DNA of 24,474 nucleotides from Gemmatimonadota bacterium (GCA_046758745.1 JBHIAV010000043.1:1-24474), one strand, 5' to 3'; shown: positions 16,645 to 24,474, numbered from the stretch's first letter. The notes: a model not told the origin generated them from the sequence alone. Numbers and translations: made by a program.

Positions 16645-17204
16645 GCCGGCGCGGCACGAACCCGTGGGCCGCCTGGTGCGGGCCCGGTGCCTTCGCCTTC
16701 GGTCGGCCGGGCTTCCGGTGGCGCGTATTCGATCGCGGCGACCTCAAGTACATTATCCTCGAGCTCCTCAGCGAGAAGCCGATGCACGGCTACGAGGTGA
16801 TGCGGGCGCTCGAGGAGGAATCGGGCGGCTGCTACTCGGCGAGCCCGGGCTCCGTGTACCCCGCTCTGCAGATGCTGGAGGACCAGGGGTACGTGACCTC
16901 CGAGAAGGCGGACGGCAAGCGGGTCTACCGGATCACGGAGGAGGGACGCGCCTTCCTGAGGGAGCACCGCGAGCGCGTGGAGGACATCTTCGACCGGGTG
17001 TCGGAGTTCAGCGATCACTTCACGGGCCGGGGGATGCGCGACCTCACCCGCTCCTTCGTTCGGCTCGCCCAGGCGAGCTTCGAGAGCGCGGTGCGGATGA
17101 CGGGCGACCCCGAGGCCCTAGGCCGGCTGAAGGAGGTCCTCGAGCGGGCGGTGCGGGAGGTGGAGGAGGCGCGGCGGGCCGCCGCCCGGGGCGAGGAGTC
17201 GTAG
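16641..17204 (+). CDS. PadR family transcriptional regulator
   Basis: GTG start overlapping the upstream stop (GTGA); RGDLKYIILELLSEKPMHGYEV...SPGSVYPALQMLEDQGYV...KRVYRITEEG plus C-terminal helices. Confidence 0.93.
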   Translation: MSRRGTNPWAAWCGPGAFAFGRPGFRWRVFDRGDLKYIILELLSEKPMHGYEVMRALEEESGGCYSASPGSVYPALQMLEDQGYVTSEKADGKRVYRITEEGRAFLREHRERVEDIFDRVSEFSDHFTGRGMRDLTRSFVRLAQASFESAVRMTGDPEALGRLKEVLERAVREVEEARRAAARGEES

Positions 17205-17217
17205 CGCGGGAGGGGCG

Positions 17218-17544
17218 ATGCCGGATTGGCTGATCTGGCTCCTGGTGGGCATCTTCGTGGCGAGCTGCGGCCGCGGCTGCCATGTGGTGTGGCGGCACCG
17301 GTCGCTCGAAAACCCGGGCGATTTGCGGCGCCGTCTGGAGGATCCGGAGGCGCGCGGCCCCGAGGATCGCGGGCGTCGCGGCCCGGAGGATCGCGGGCGG
17401 CGCCGGCTCCACTCCGGTCCTGCGGCGATCGCACCGACGGCGCCTGAAAGCCGGCTTCAGGAGCTCCAGCGCAAGTATGTGGAGGGCCTCATCACCGTAG
17501 AGGAGTACGAGGCCGAGCTCGACAGACTGCACGGGCTGAGGTGA
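17218..17544 (+). CDS. Small membrane-anchored protein with C-terminal SHOCT-like domain
   Basis: GGAGG SD; hydrophobic N-terminus WLIWLLVGIFVA; C-terminal LQELQRKYVEGLITVEEYEAELDRL. Confidence 0.75.
   Translation: MPDWLIWLLVGIFVASCGRGCHVVWRHRSLENPGDLRRRLEDPEARGPEDRGRRGPEDRGRRRLHSGPAAIAPTAPESRLQELQRKYVEGLITVEEYEAELDRLHGLR
17353..17400 (+). repeat. In-frame 24-bp tandem duplication (RGPEDRGR, 2 copies)
   Basis: CGCGGCCCCGAGGATCGCGGGCGT followed by CGCGGCCCGGAGGATCGCGGGCGG. Confidence 0.85.
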
Positions 17545-18173
17545 ACCGACAGCCCGTGTCCGAGACCGGAACCACGACGGCCCGTCCGCTCATCCCCGAG
17601 CTGGAGGAGCGCCGCGCCGAATTCGAGTGGGCCAGGAGTGAGATCCAGGAGCTGGTCTCGGGGGTGACCGACGCCCAGCTCAACTGGCGGCCGCACGAGG
17701 ATGAGTGGTCGATCGCCGAGTGCGTCGCGCACCTCAACCTGATCGGGCGCAAGATGATCCCGAAGATCGATGCCGGGATCGAGAAGGCACGCGCGAAGGA
17801 GTGGTTGAGCGACGGACCGTTCCGCTACGGCCGGCTCGGCAACTGGCTGGTGCGGGCGGGCGGCGCGGACCAGCTACCTCCCCGTCGCAAGATGAGGGCG
17901 CCGAAGCTGTACGTCCCTTCGCCGAGCGAGACGTGGCTCGTCTCGACCACCGTGCCGAGGTTCTTCGCGCTGCAGGAGGAGCTGATCGAGCGGGTGGAGC
18001 GGGCGAACGGCATCGACCTCAGGAAACTGCGAGTCCCCTCCGCGGTCTTGCCCCTGCTGCGGCTGAGCCTCGGGCAGTGGTTCGCCCTGCTGGCCGGCCA
18101 CCAGCGCCGTCACCTGTGGCAGGCGCGGCGGGTGAAAAAGGCGCTCGGGCCAGATGAGCTGACTGCGCAATAA
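17541..18173 (+). CDS. DinB family protein
   Basis: LNWRP...WSIAECVAHL and HQRRH motifs; GTGA overlap with the upstream gene. Confidence 0.88.
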   Translation: MNRQPVSETGTTTARPLIPELEERRAEFEWARSEIQELVSGVTDAQLNWRPHEDEWSIAECVAHLNLIGRKMIPKIDAGIEKARAKEWLSDGPFRYGRLGNWLVRAGGADQLPPRRKMRAPKLYVPSPSETWLVSTTVPRFFALQEELIERVERANGIDLRKLRVPSAVLPLLRLSLGQWFALLAGHQRRHLWQARRVKKALGPDELTAQ

Positions 18174-18427
18174 TGTGTCATCGGTTTTCCGCATCCAGGC
18201 TCTCCACCCGGGTGGGCGAGTGTGCCGTCCTCAGCCGATAGCTACCGGGGGACAACCGCTAGCCACCTCGCCGCCCCACGCCACGCTGCTGATCTCTTCC
18301 GCGTAGATCCAAAGATCGCTGTCGGCTATTCTTTATAAGTGGGACGAATCTCCGACTGTGGCTGAGCTACTGGAGTAGGCGCGCCCGCATCGTTTGGCAG
18401 ACGCATCGGCAACGGACTCTGCGGCGA

Positions 18428-19303
18428 ATGGTCGCACGCGCCCCCGTGGGGGAAGCATGCAGTCTCCTTGACCGGCTGGGGCGCTCTGCCCCCCTGGTGG
18501 CCGTCGAGCTACGCCCGCCGCGAAAAGACCTGCCAAGATCCAAGAGCGTCGATGCCTGGATAGACTTGCACCAGGCCATCTACGAGTTGGGCCAGGGTGA
18601 TACTGCCGTCTTCCTGACGGACAGCGCCGTCGGCGCTGCCGAGGAGGACAGCCTGCATCACGTCGCGGTGAATCTCTCCGGTCAAACCAACCTTTCCCGG
18701 GTGGTTCCGTTTCTCACCTGCAAGCACTCGCTGGAGTACTGCCGACTGTTCGCCGATCGCGCCGCTTCGATCGGTGTCGAGGCTCTGGTCGTTCTCGGTG
18801 GTGACACGTCGGTGGCCACCCCCCGGTGTGTTGAGCACGCATACGAGCTACGCCAGCTCATCCGGCAGCGGGTGCCATCGCTCGTCTTGGGCGGTTGGGC
18901 GAACCCACACCGCAATCCCGTCCGACAGGTCGACTATCTGCTGGATCCCGGCTTGACGGCGGACTTCTACCTGACCCAGGTCGTTTCTCACCACAATCTC
19001 CGGCCGGTGGAGAGCTTTCTCCGGGAGGTCGAGCGGCGGCAGGTGCCCTATCCTGCCGTATTCGGAGTCTTCTATTACCGAAGCGCCAACCCGAGAACGC
19101 TGAAGATGCTATCCAGGTTCATGCCCGTTCCAGCTGACCTGATCACGAGGGAGTTCGAGGCCGGGGCGTCAGCCGACGAGATCTGTGCCAGGTCGATTCA
19201 GGCCCTTCGGAGTTTGGGGGTCAACCACGTTTACGTGAGTAACCTCGGTCTGCACCGGCCGCGGCAGCGCCTGGCGCGGCTACTGGAAGCCGTGGGAGAC
19301 TAG
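18428..19303 (+). CDS. Methylenetetrahydrofolate reductase-like FAD-linked oxidoreductase (divergent)
   Basis: VELRPPR, LTD, PFLTC, LVVLGGD, GGWANP and ADFYLTQ correspond to MTHFR barrel motifs; start uncertain. Confidence 0.7.
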   Translation: MVARAPVGEACSLLDRLGRSAPLVAVELRPPRKDLPRSKSVDAWIDLHQAIYELGQGDTAVFLTDSAVGAAEEDSLHHVAVNLSGQTNLSRVVPFLTCKHSLEYCRLFADRAASIGVEALVVLGGDTSVATPRCVEHAYELRQLIRQRVPSLVLGGWANPHRNPVRQVDYLLDPGLTADFYLTQVVSHHNLRPVESFLREVERRQVPYPAVFGVFYYRSANPRTLKMLSRFMPVPADLITREFEAGASADEICARSIQALRSLGVNHVYVSNLGLHRPRQRLARLLEAVGD

Positions 19304-19367
19304 GGAGGCAGGCGGCTCGGAGATCGGTGTTCCGCTTCTATGGCAGGCGCGGCAGGTGAAGGACACC

Positions 19368-20534
19368 CTATCCTGCCGCTCGCGTCTCCTCCACCTCGTC
19401 GATCGAAGTCAGCCGCGGCTCCCACTGTTGGATCATGGTGAGAAACGCGCTCACGAACTCCGGGTCGAGCTGTTCGCCGGAGTGTTCCTCGAGGTAGTGC
19501 GTGGCCTGCGCCACGGACCAGGGCGGGCGAAAGGGACGCCGGGTGCGGAGCGCATCATAGATGTCGCACACCTGGATGAGCCGGCTCAGCCGGTGCGGCT
19601 GCCGGGGGTAATGCAGCACGGGGTAGCCCTCCCCCTTCCACGTCAGGTGGTGCTCGTAGGCGACGATCGCCGCGAGCTCTAGCCGTCCCCCCGCCTTGAG
19701 GAGAATATGGGCCCCCTCGACGGTGTGGTGCTTCACGATCTCCCACTCGTCGCGGGAGAGCTTGCCCGGCTTGTTGAGGATCTCGACCGGAATGCGCGAC
19801 TTGCCGACGTCGTGCAGAAGCGCCGCTTCGCCGACGGCGCGCACATCCGTCGACGCCAGGTTGAGAAACTCGCTGAGCGCCATGGAGAGAACCGAAGCGT
19901 TGATGGAATGGGTGGTCGTGTACTGATCCACCTCCTTGAGCTGGACGAGGGGAACGACCAGCTCTCGCTCGCTGTGCATGGCCACCGAGAGGAGCCGTAC
20001 GACCGCCTCGGCCTCGTCCACCGGAACCTCGCCCCTCCGTCCGGCCTCTCCGTGCAGCCACCCGACGACCTGCGCCTCCTCGCGCAGGTTGAGGCCCATG
20101 GTGGCGGTCGGCAGGTCGTCTCGCTTCTCTACGCCGCGAATGGTGACCGGTCCGAAGCGGATGCTCGTGTGGCGCGCGAACTCGCGCTCGTGGATGTCGA
20201 ACTCCGGCAGGGTGAGCCGGGCGTGGATCTCGTCCAGGAAGCTCTCGAACTCGCCGCGGGTCACGGCGCCGTTCATCTCCACTCGCTCGACTCCGATCTC
20301 GGCGAGGCGGGTCGCCCACTCCCATTCCCGTAACTCCCGGAGCGGCTGCTCGCCGTACACCACCTCGCCTTCGATGAAGGAGAACACGGGGCGCGGCGCC
20401 TCTTCCAGAAGAGTCCGTAGCTCGCCGAACGCGGTGTCGAGGGCCTGCTCGCGGGCCGGGTGGCCGGGACGGTACAGGCCCATCGTCGAGATGAGCTTCG
20501 CGAAGGATCCGAGGAAGCGGGCGGGCTGGCTCAC
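19368..20534 (-). CDS. HD-GYP domain protein (putative cyclic di-nucleotide phosphodiesterase) with uncharacterised N-terminal domain
   Basis: GTG start overlapping the upstream stop; THSIN, LLHDVGK.RIP.EILNKPGKL, HHLTWKGEGYP, CDIYDALRTRRPFR. Confidence 0.92.
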   Translation of the reverse strand: MSQPARFLGSFAKLISTMGLYRPGHPAREQALDTAFGELRTLLEEAPRPVFSFIEGEVVYGEQPLRELREWEWATRLAEIGVERVEMNGAVTRGEFESFLDEIHARLTLPEFDIHEREFARHTSIRFGPVTIRGVEKRDDLPTATMGLNLREEAQVVGWLHGEAGRRGEVPVDEAEAVVRLLSVAMHSERELVVPLVQLKEVDQYTTTHSINASVLSMALSEFLNLASTDVRAVGEAALLHDVGKSRIPVEILNKPGKLSRDEWEIVKHHTVEGAHILLKAGGRLELAAIVAYEHHLTWKGEGYPVLHYPRQPHRLSRLIQVCDIYDALRTRRPFRPPWSVAQATHYLEEHSGEQLDPEFVSAFLTMIQQWEPRLTSIDEVEETRAAG

Positions 20535-22696
20535 GGCGAGGCTGCCCTCCGAAGCTCCGGGTCCTCGGACTGCATCGCTCGGCTGAGCACCGCCGCGGCC
20601 CGCGGGTCCTGCGGCCATCTCTGCGCGAGTCCGCCGATCGCGGCCACCACCCAGGGGCTGGCCTCCGGCAGCTCCGACCGGCGGAACCAGCGTCGCTTTC
20701 CTCTGGTGAGCCGGAGGAGAGTCTCGAGGGCGCCCTCCGAGCCGAGCGACACGAGGGCGCGCACGGCCGCCTGCCGGAACTCGGGGCGCGCCCCCCGGTC
20801 CGTGGCGACAGCCACGAGATGCGGTTCCGCATCTGGAGGACAGGCCTTCTCGGCCTCGGCGAGGCCGAGGGCGACAGAACGGTCGCTCTTGTCCGTCAGG
20901 GCCGCCACCACCGCAGCGTCCCGGTCGGCCGCCACACGCATGGACAGCTTGAGGGCCTCCCAGCGGACGAGCTGGTTCTCGTGCGTGGTGTACGGACGGG
21001 GCGAGAATCCTTCGGGCCACTCCGGGAGCTCGCCGAGAAGCGCCAGCATGTTGCGCAGGACGTACCAGCGTGGGTCCTTCATCCGCTCGACGAGGAGCGG
21101 GGCGAGCGCCGATCCCATCGCGGCCAGGCGATCGAAGAGATTCCGGCGTGTGGAGCGCGAGGAGGAGGTGACGAGGGCGTCCAGGAGATCGCCCGCGACG
21201 TCGATCTCCATCCGGGGGAGAAGCCGATCCAGAGCGGCGAAATCCGGGGGTTCCGTTTCCACCACGCTCCGCACGGTCTCGCGGGAGGCCAGATGCTCCC
21301 ATATCTCCCCCTCGACGCCGTTCGACGGGGGGGCGTCATCCAGAATCTCGATGAGCGACGAGACCTCCCCCCGCCGGACCATCTCTTCCACCGAGCGCCA
21401 CACCGGGTCGCCCACCGCGCTTACCTCCAGGCTCATCTTGACGATGCGGTCGGGCTCGGGAGCGTGTGCGGGTCGAGTCTGCATGGTCACCATCGGGGCG
21501 CCGGCCGACATCCGCTCGAGGGCCTCCTCGTATGCCTCCGGATTCGGGTTCTCCAGCTTCCAGCCGGACACCAGCCGGTGGACCTGATCGCGCAGCGCCG
21601 CGTCGGCCTCCTTGTGGGCGGGCTGGCCCTCGACCTCCGCGTGCCTCGCCATCTTGGAGAGGAGACGGAGCATCGAGCCGGAGATCCCGGTGTTCCAGCT
21701 CTGCGAGGCGGCCTCGACCAGCTCGAGGACCGCGTCCACGCCCATCCCCTCCGACGAGTCGAGGAGGAACTGCCGCCGCTGCGTCGCGTTGCCGCCCATG
21801 TGGAGGAGACGGGAGAGGGTCCCGGGTTGGAGCTGGGCGATGAGGCTCGACATGCGATCGCGCAGCTCCTGCGCCTCATCGCCGCTGGTCGTCTTGAGCT
21901 CCTCGGCGATCTGCAGCATGTAGCCGACGATCACCTGGTCGTACGCCTCCTCGCCCGAGCGCCGATCGATGGCGCGCGCCACCGTGCCCGGGTCCGCCGA
22001 ACCGGCATCATCGGAGCTCTCGGCTGCCATCGCCGCCTGGGCGAGCCCGATCCACAGGTGCGAGGCGTGGCCGGAGCGCTCTGTCCGCTCCCCCCCATCC
22101 TCCTGCAGCTCGAGCCGCTCGAAGCGCAGGGCGTGGAGGTGCACGTGCGGCCGGCCGCGAAGAACCTCGTCGGCCTCCAGGCCGAGCGGGTGACCCGTGC
22201 GCTCCGGCTCGGTGGCGATAAGGGCGAGGACTTCGCCTAGCTCCTCCGTCTCCACGCCGCGGTTGAAGGATAGCGCGCCGATCTGGTGCCGGTGCAGCCG
22301 CTCGGCGAGGCTCCGAAGGAGAGGGTGGTGGGAGTCGGTGGCCACACCCTCGATCACGAGCTGATCGCGCGCCACCCCGAGGTTGAGGGTGATCCGGTCG
22401 TGCAGGAGGCTGGCCAGCCGGCGGGCCACGCCCAGCGCCGTCGGCTCGAGTGCAGGGTGGCCCGGCGGGTACATGGCGTACTTCTGGATCGCCGAGGAGA
22501 GCTCGATCAGGAAGTCCGCGAGGTCCCCCGAGAGCTTCGCCTTGGCCTTGGAGCCGTGCGGACTCTCGGTGGCATCCGGAGCGTACGGGCCGGCCCCGGG
22601 GCCGTGCGGTGCGCCACCGGTGCTCGGAGCGCCGGTATGCCCGCCGTTTCCCCGCGCGTGCGGGCTCGGGGCGGGGTGGGACGTCGGCCCGGTCAT
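20531..22696 (-). CDS. HEAT-repeat-like alpha-helical protein with N-terminal 'YPPGHP' domain
   Basis: DPRWYVLRNMLALLG, HENQLVRWEALK, RQAAVRAL and EDPELRRAA repeats. Start placed at MTGPT (22696), downstream of the sigma54-type site; uncertain. Confidence 0.8.
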   Translation of the reverse strand: MTGPTSHPAPSPHARGNGGHTGAPSTGGAPHGPGAGPYAPDATESPHGSKAKAKLSGDLADFLIELSSAIQKYAMYPPGHPALEPTALGVARRLASLLHDRITLNLGVARDQLVIEGVATDSHHPLLRSLAERLHRHQIGALSFNRGVETEELGEVLALIATEPERTGHPLGLEADEVLRGRPHVHLHALRFERLELQEDGGERTERSGHASHLWIGLAQAAMAAESSDDAGSADPGTVARAIDRRSGEEAYDQVIVGYMLQIAEELKTTSGDEAQELRDRMSSLIAQLQPGTLSRLLHMGGNATQRRQFLLDSSEGMGVDAVLELVEAASQSWNTGISGSMLRLLSKMARHAEVEGQPAHKEADAALRDQVHRLVSGWKLENPNPEAYEEALERMSAGAPMVTMQTRPAHAPEPDRIVKMSLEVSAVGDPVWRSVEEMVRRGEVSSLIEILDDAPPSNGVEGEIWEHLASRETVRSVVETEPPDFAALDRLLPRMEIDVAGDLLDALVTSSSRSTRRNLFDRLAAMGSALAPLLVERMKDPRWYVLRNMLALLGELPEWPEGFSPRPYTTHENQLVRWEALKLSMRVAADRDAAVVAALTDKSDRSVALGLAEAEKACPPDAEPHLVAVATDRGARPEFRQAAVRALVSLGSEGALETLLRLTRGKRRWFRRSELPEASPWVVAAIGGLAQRWPQDPRAAAVLSRAMQSEDPELRRAASP

Positions 22697-22870
22697 GATG
22701 CGGGCGTCCGCCTCCCCGAGCCGCACGGGAGGCGCGGTGAGCTCGGGCGGGTCCTCCCGAGCGCACACAGCCCCCGCTCGGCCGGGCGGTTTCGGTCGGC
22801 TGGTCTGTTCACGACTGTCCCGTGCATCCGTCCTCGAGACGCTCCGTTCGCGCGCGGCGCCGTGCATCAC

Positions 22871-22886
22871 AGCAAAAGACGGGCCG
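22871..22886 (-). promoter_or_regulatory. Sigma54-type (-24/-12) promoter of the HEAT/HD-GYP operon
   Basis: Minus strand CGGCCCGTCTTTTGCT: GG-N10-GC with TTGCT. Confidence 0.65.
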
Positions 22887-23151
22887 CACCTCAACAATGG
22901 CTCAACTTCATGTGCCGTCGGGCGTTATCTGTCCTCACCGGGGCTGCCGCCGCGCGTACCGAGCCGGGCCGTGCTGCGCTCGGCCGCCCGGGTTGGCAGA
23001 AAGCCATGGGGCGGGAGCCGAAGGCCTATGGCGCCAGGTTCTTTCGGTTGTGACCAGCTCGGCCGAGAACTTGGAACGTAGCGCTAGGAAGCGAGCTCGA
23101 CGGCGCCAAGAAACGAGCAACCCGCGCTCGAGGAAGGGAGCAGACCGCCGC

Positions 23152-23898
23152 TCAGGAAACGAGCCGCTTGCCGTGGCTCGGTGAGCCCCGAAACTCCTCC
23201 AGGCGCTTCCGGGCCTTCCGGATCTCGGCATCCGTGAAGAGGCCCTCCTGCTGGTCGAGGAGGAGCTCCTCCAACTGCGAGGTCGTGATCAGGTCGAGAT
23301 CGACCGCGAGCTCGCCGAAGCGCCGGTCCGGCTGCCGCTCTTGCTCGAGAAGGACCCGCGCGACCTGGGAGGGGTTCAGCAAGCCGCGGATCAGCGCCAC
23401 CGTTCCGAGCGCGAAGTGGCGCGGAATCGGGACCTCCGGTGGGCGTCCCTCGGTTCCTGCGGCCTCCGCCGCGTCTCCGGCAGCGCCTCCTACCACCGCA
23501 AGGTCTTCAGCGGCGGTCGCGATCACTGCCTCCCTGGCGATCCACGCCTGGAGCCCGCGCGGCCCCAGGCCACCGGAGGGCGTGTCGCCTTCCCCTCCGC
23601 GCGGCGGCTCCGGTTCTGAAGTAGCGGGCCGGTCCCCCTCAGGTTGGTTGCCCGTCCCGAGCAGCTCATGCAGCAGCTCGAACTGCTCGCGGAGTGCCGC
23701 CTGCTGCCTCCGCTGCGCCTCCAGGATGAAGCGGATGCTGAGCAGGTGGAGGAGGTACAGGCCGAGGATCGCCGCGGCGAGCGAGAGCCCCGCGTTGCGG
23801 ATGTACAGGGCAACCCCGCTCATGACGAGCGTGGCCAAAACGATCGCTGCCAGGTAGTGCGCGCTCCCGAAAGAGCGGCTACCGGAGCGAAGGGTCAT
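23152..23898 (-). CDS. Two-TM membrane protein with C-terminal MshEN-like tandem motif
   Basis: GGAGG SD 7 nt before ATG 23898; two hydrophobic helices, a short coiled coil, a low-complexity linker, then ALGTVALIRGLLNPSQVARVLLEQ-x6-RFGELAVDLDLITTSQLEELLLDQ. Confidence 0.75.
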   Translation of the reverse strand: MTLRSGSRSFGSAHYLAAIVLATLVMSGVALYIRNAGLSLAAAILGLYLLHLLSIRFILEAQRRQQAALREQFELLHELLGTGNQPEGDRPATSEPEPPRGGEGDTPSGGLGPRGLQAWIAREAVIATAAEDLAVVGGAAGDAAEAAGTEGRPPEVPIPRHFALGTVALIRGLLNPSQVARVLLEQERQPDRRFGELAVDLDLITTSQLEELLLDQQEGLFTDAEIRKARKRLEEFRGSPSHGKRLVS

Positions 23899-24029
23899 GT
23901 GCGCGCCTCCAGCGCTCCTGCTCATTCTCGCCGAGATCCCTTACGGAGGCGCAGCCAGGCTTCCGAGAGAGCCCTCTGCCGCGGCTCCTCCATTCGCATC
24001 CGTATGGTCTTAGAACACTTTACCAGCCG

Positions 24030-24045
24030 AGCAAGAGACGGGCCG
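24030..24045 (-). promoter_or_regulatory. Sigma54-type (-24/-12) promoter of the MshEN-like gene
   Basis: Minus strand CGGCCCGTCTCTTGCT; 15/16 identical to the 22871-22886 site. Confidence 0.65.
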
Positions 24046-24412
24046 CGCGGGGCGGCCGCTACCCGGGTCAAGGGCAAAAAACCAGGATCTTCCATCGTTG
24101 TGGCCGATGATCGCCTGAGCGCCCGTGCACCTCGGCGGCGCGTCGTTCCGGCGGTTTGGCCGGCCGGTGGCAAAACGCGAGAGGATCGCCGGCCGCGGGC
24201 GGCGTGTGCGAACGGGATTCGAGCCGGCGCGATCCGCACCGACAGGGGAGCCAAACGAAGGGCACGATTCCTGTATCGGTGCGTCCGCGAAGCTGTGGCG
24301 TGGGGCGGGATGTGTGGGAGACGAGACGAGGGGCGTCGGCGGGCGTCTGCAACCCCGACGCTCTCGCTGGATGGGGAACGAGAAGCGGATCGATTGCGCC
24401 CGGAGACGGATG

Positions 24413-24441
24413 TTGACAGGGCGCACCGTGCGCTATACGCT
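24413..24441 (+). promoter_or_regulatory. Sigma70-type promoter reading out of the window, with a palindrome in the spacer
   Basis: TTGACA (24413-24418), 17 bp, TACGCT (24436-24441); GCGCAC-C-GTGCGC at 24421-24433. Confidence 0.7.
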
Positions 24442-24474
24442 AGTGTGGTCCCGCCCAATGAGTTGGCAGCACTC

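Noticed and set aside
18174-18427. SAM/SAH riboswitch upstream of the MTHFR-like gene
   Set aside because: I found no SAM-I or SAH consensus elements and no clear expression platform by eye.
23922-24410. c-di-GMP riboswitch or small ORF upstream of the MshEN-like gene
   Set aside because: No GEMM-type GGCAAAC...GAAA...GACGCAAAGC arrangement on the relevant strand, and the short ORFs lack SD or motif support. An Rfam cmscan would settle it.

Overview
Very GC-rich bacterial chromosomal window (roughly 70% GC by eye). The gene content resembles Gemmatimonadota or a similar diderm; this assignment is an inference. It holds about 21 credible protein genes, and most other ORFs in the track are antisense or frameshifted shadow ORFs. 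In order: hydantoinase/5-oxoprolinase A (runs off the left edge, missing from the ORF track), NSS transporter and VOC protein on the minus strand; DUF4440-type lipoprotein and M28 peptidase; a sulfur-carrier-dependent cysteine synthesis operon (CysM-like synthase, JAMM peptidase, ubiquitin-like/MoeB/rhodanese fusion); SAM methyltransferase; M48 protease and an exported protein; beta-barrel OMP; PIG-L deacetylase; a decayed toxin-antitoxin locus; a tandem-PadR/SHOCT/DinB operon; an MTHFR-like gene; and a minus-strand HD-GYP, HEAT-like and MshEN-like cluster. Main highlights: (1) an apparent Cys-sensing leader-peptide transcription attenuator in front of the cysteine operon, with promoter, 32-codon leader, antiterminator and terminator all visible; (2) a putative c-di-GMP module with two near-identical sigma54-type promoters, in which the HD-GYP and HEAT-like proteins share an uncharacterised N-terminal 'YxPGHPA' domain; (3) a toxin gene apparently removed by a microhomology deletion, leaving its promoter, operators and antitoxin intact. 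No rRNA, tRNA, CRISPR array or transposase was seen.
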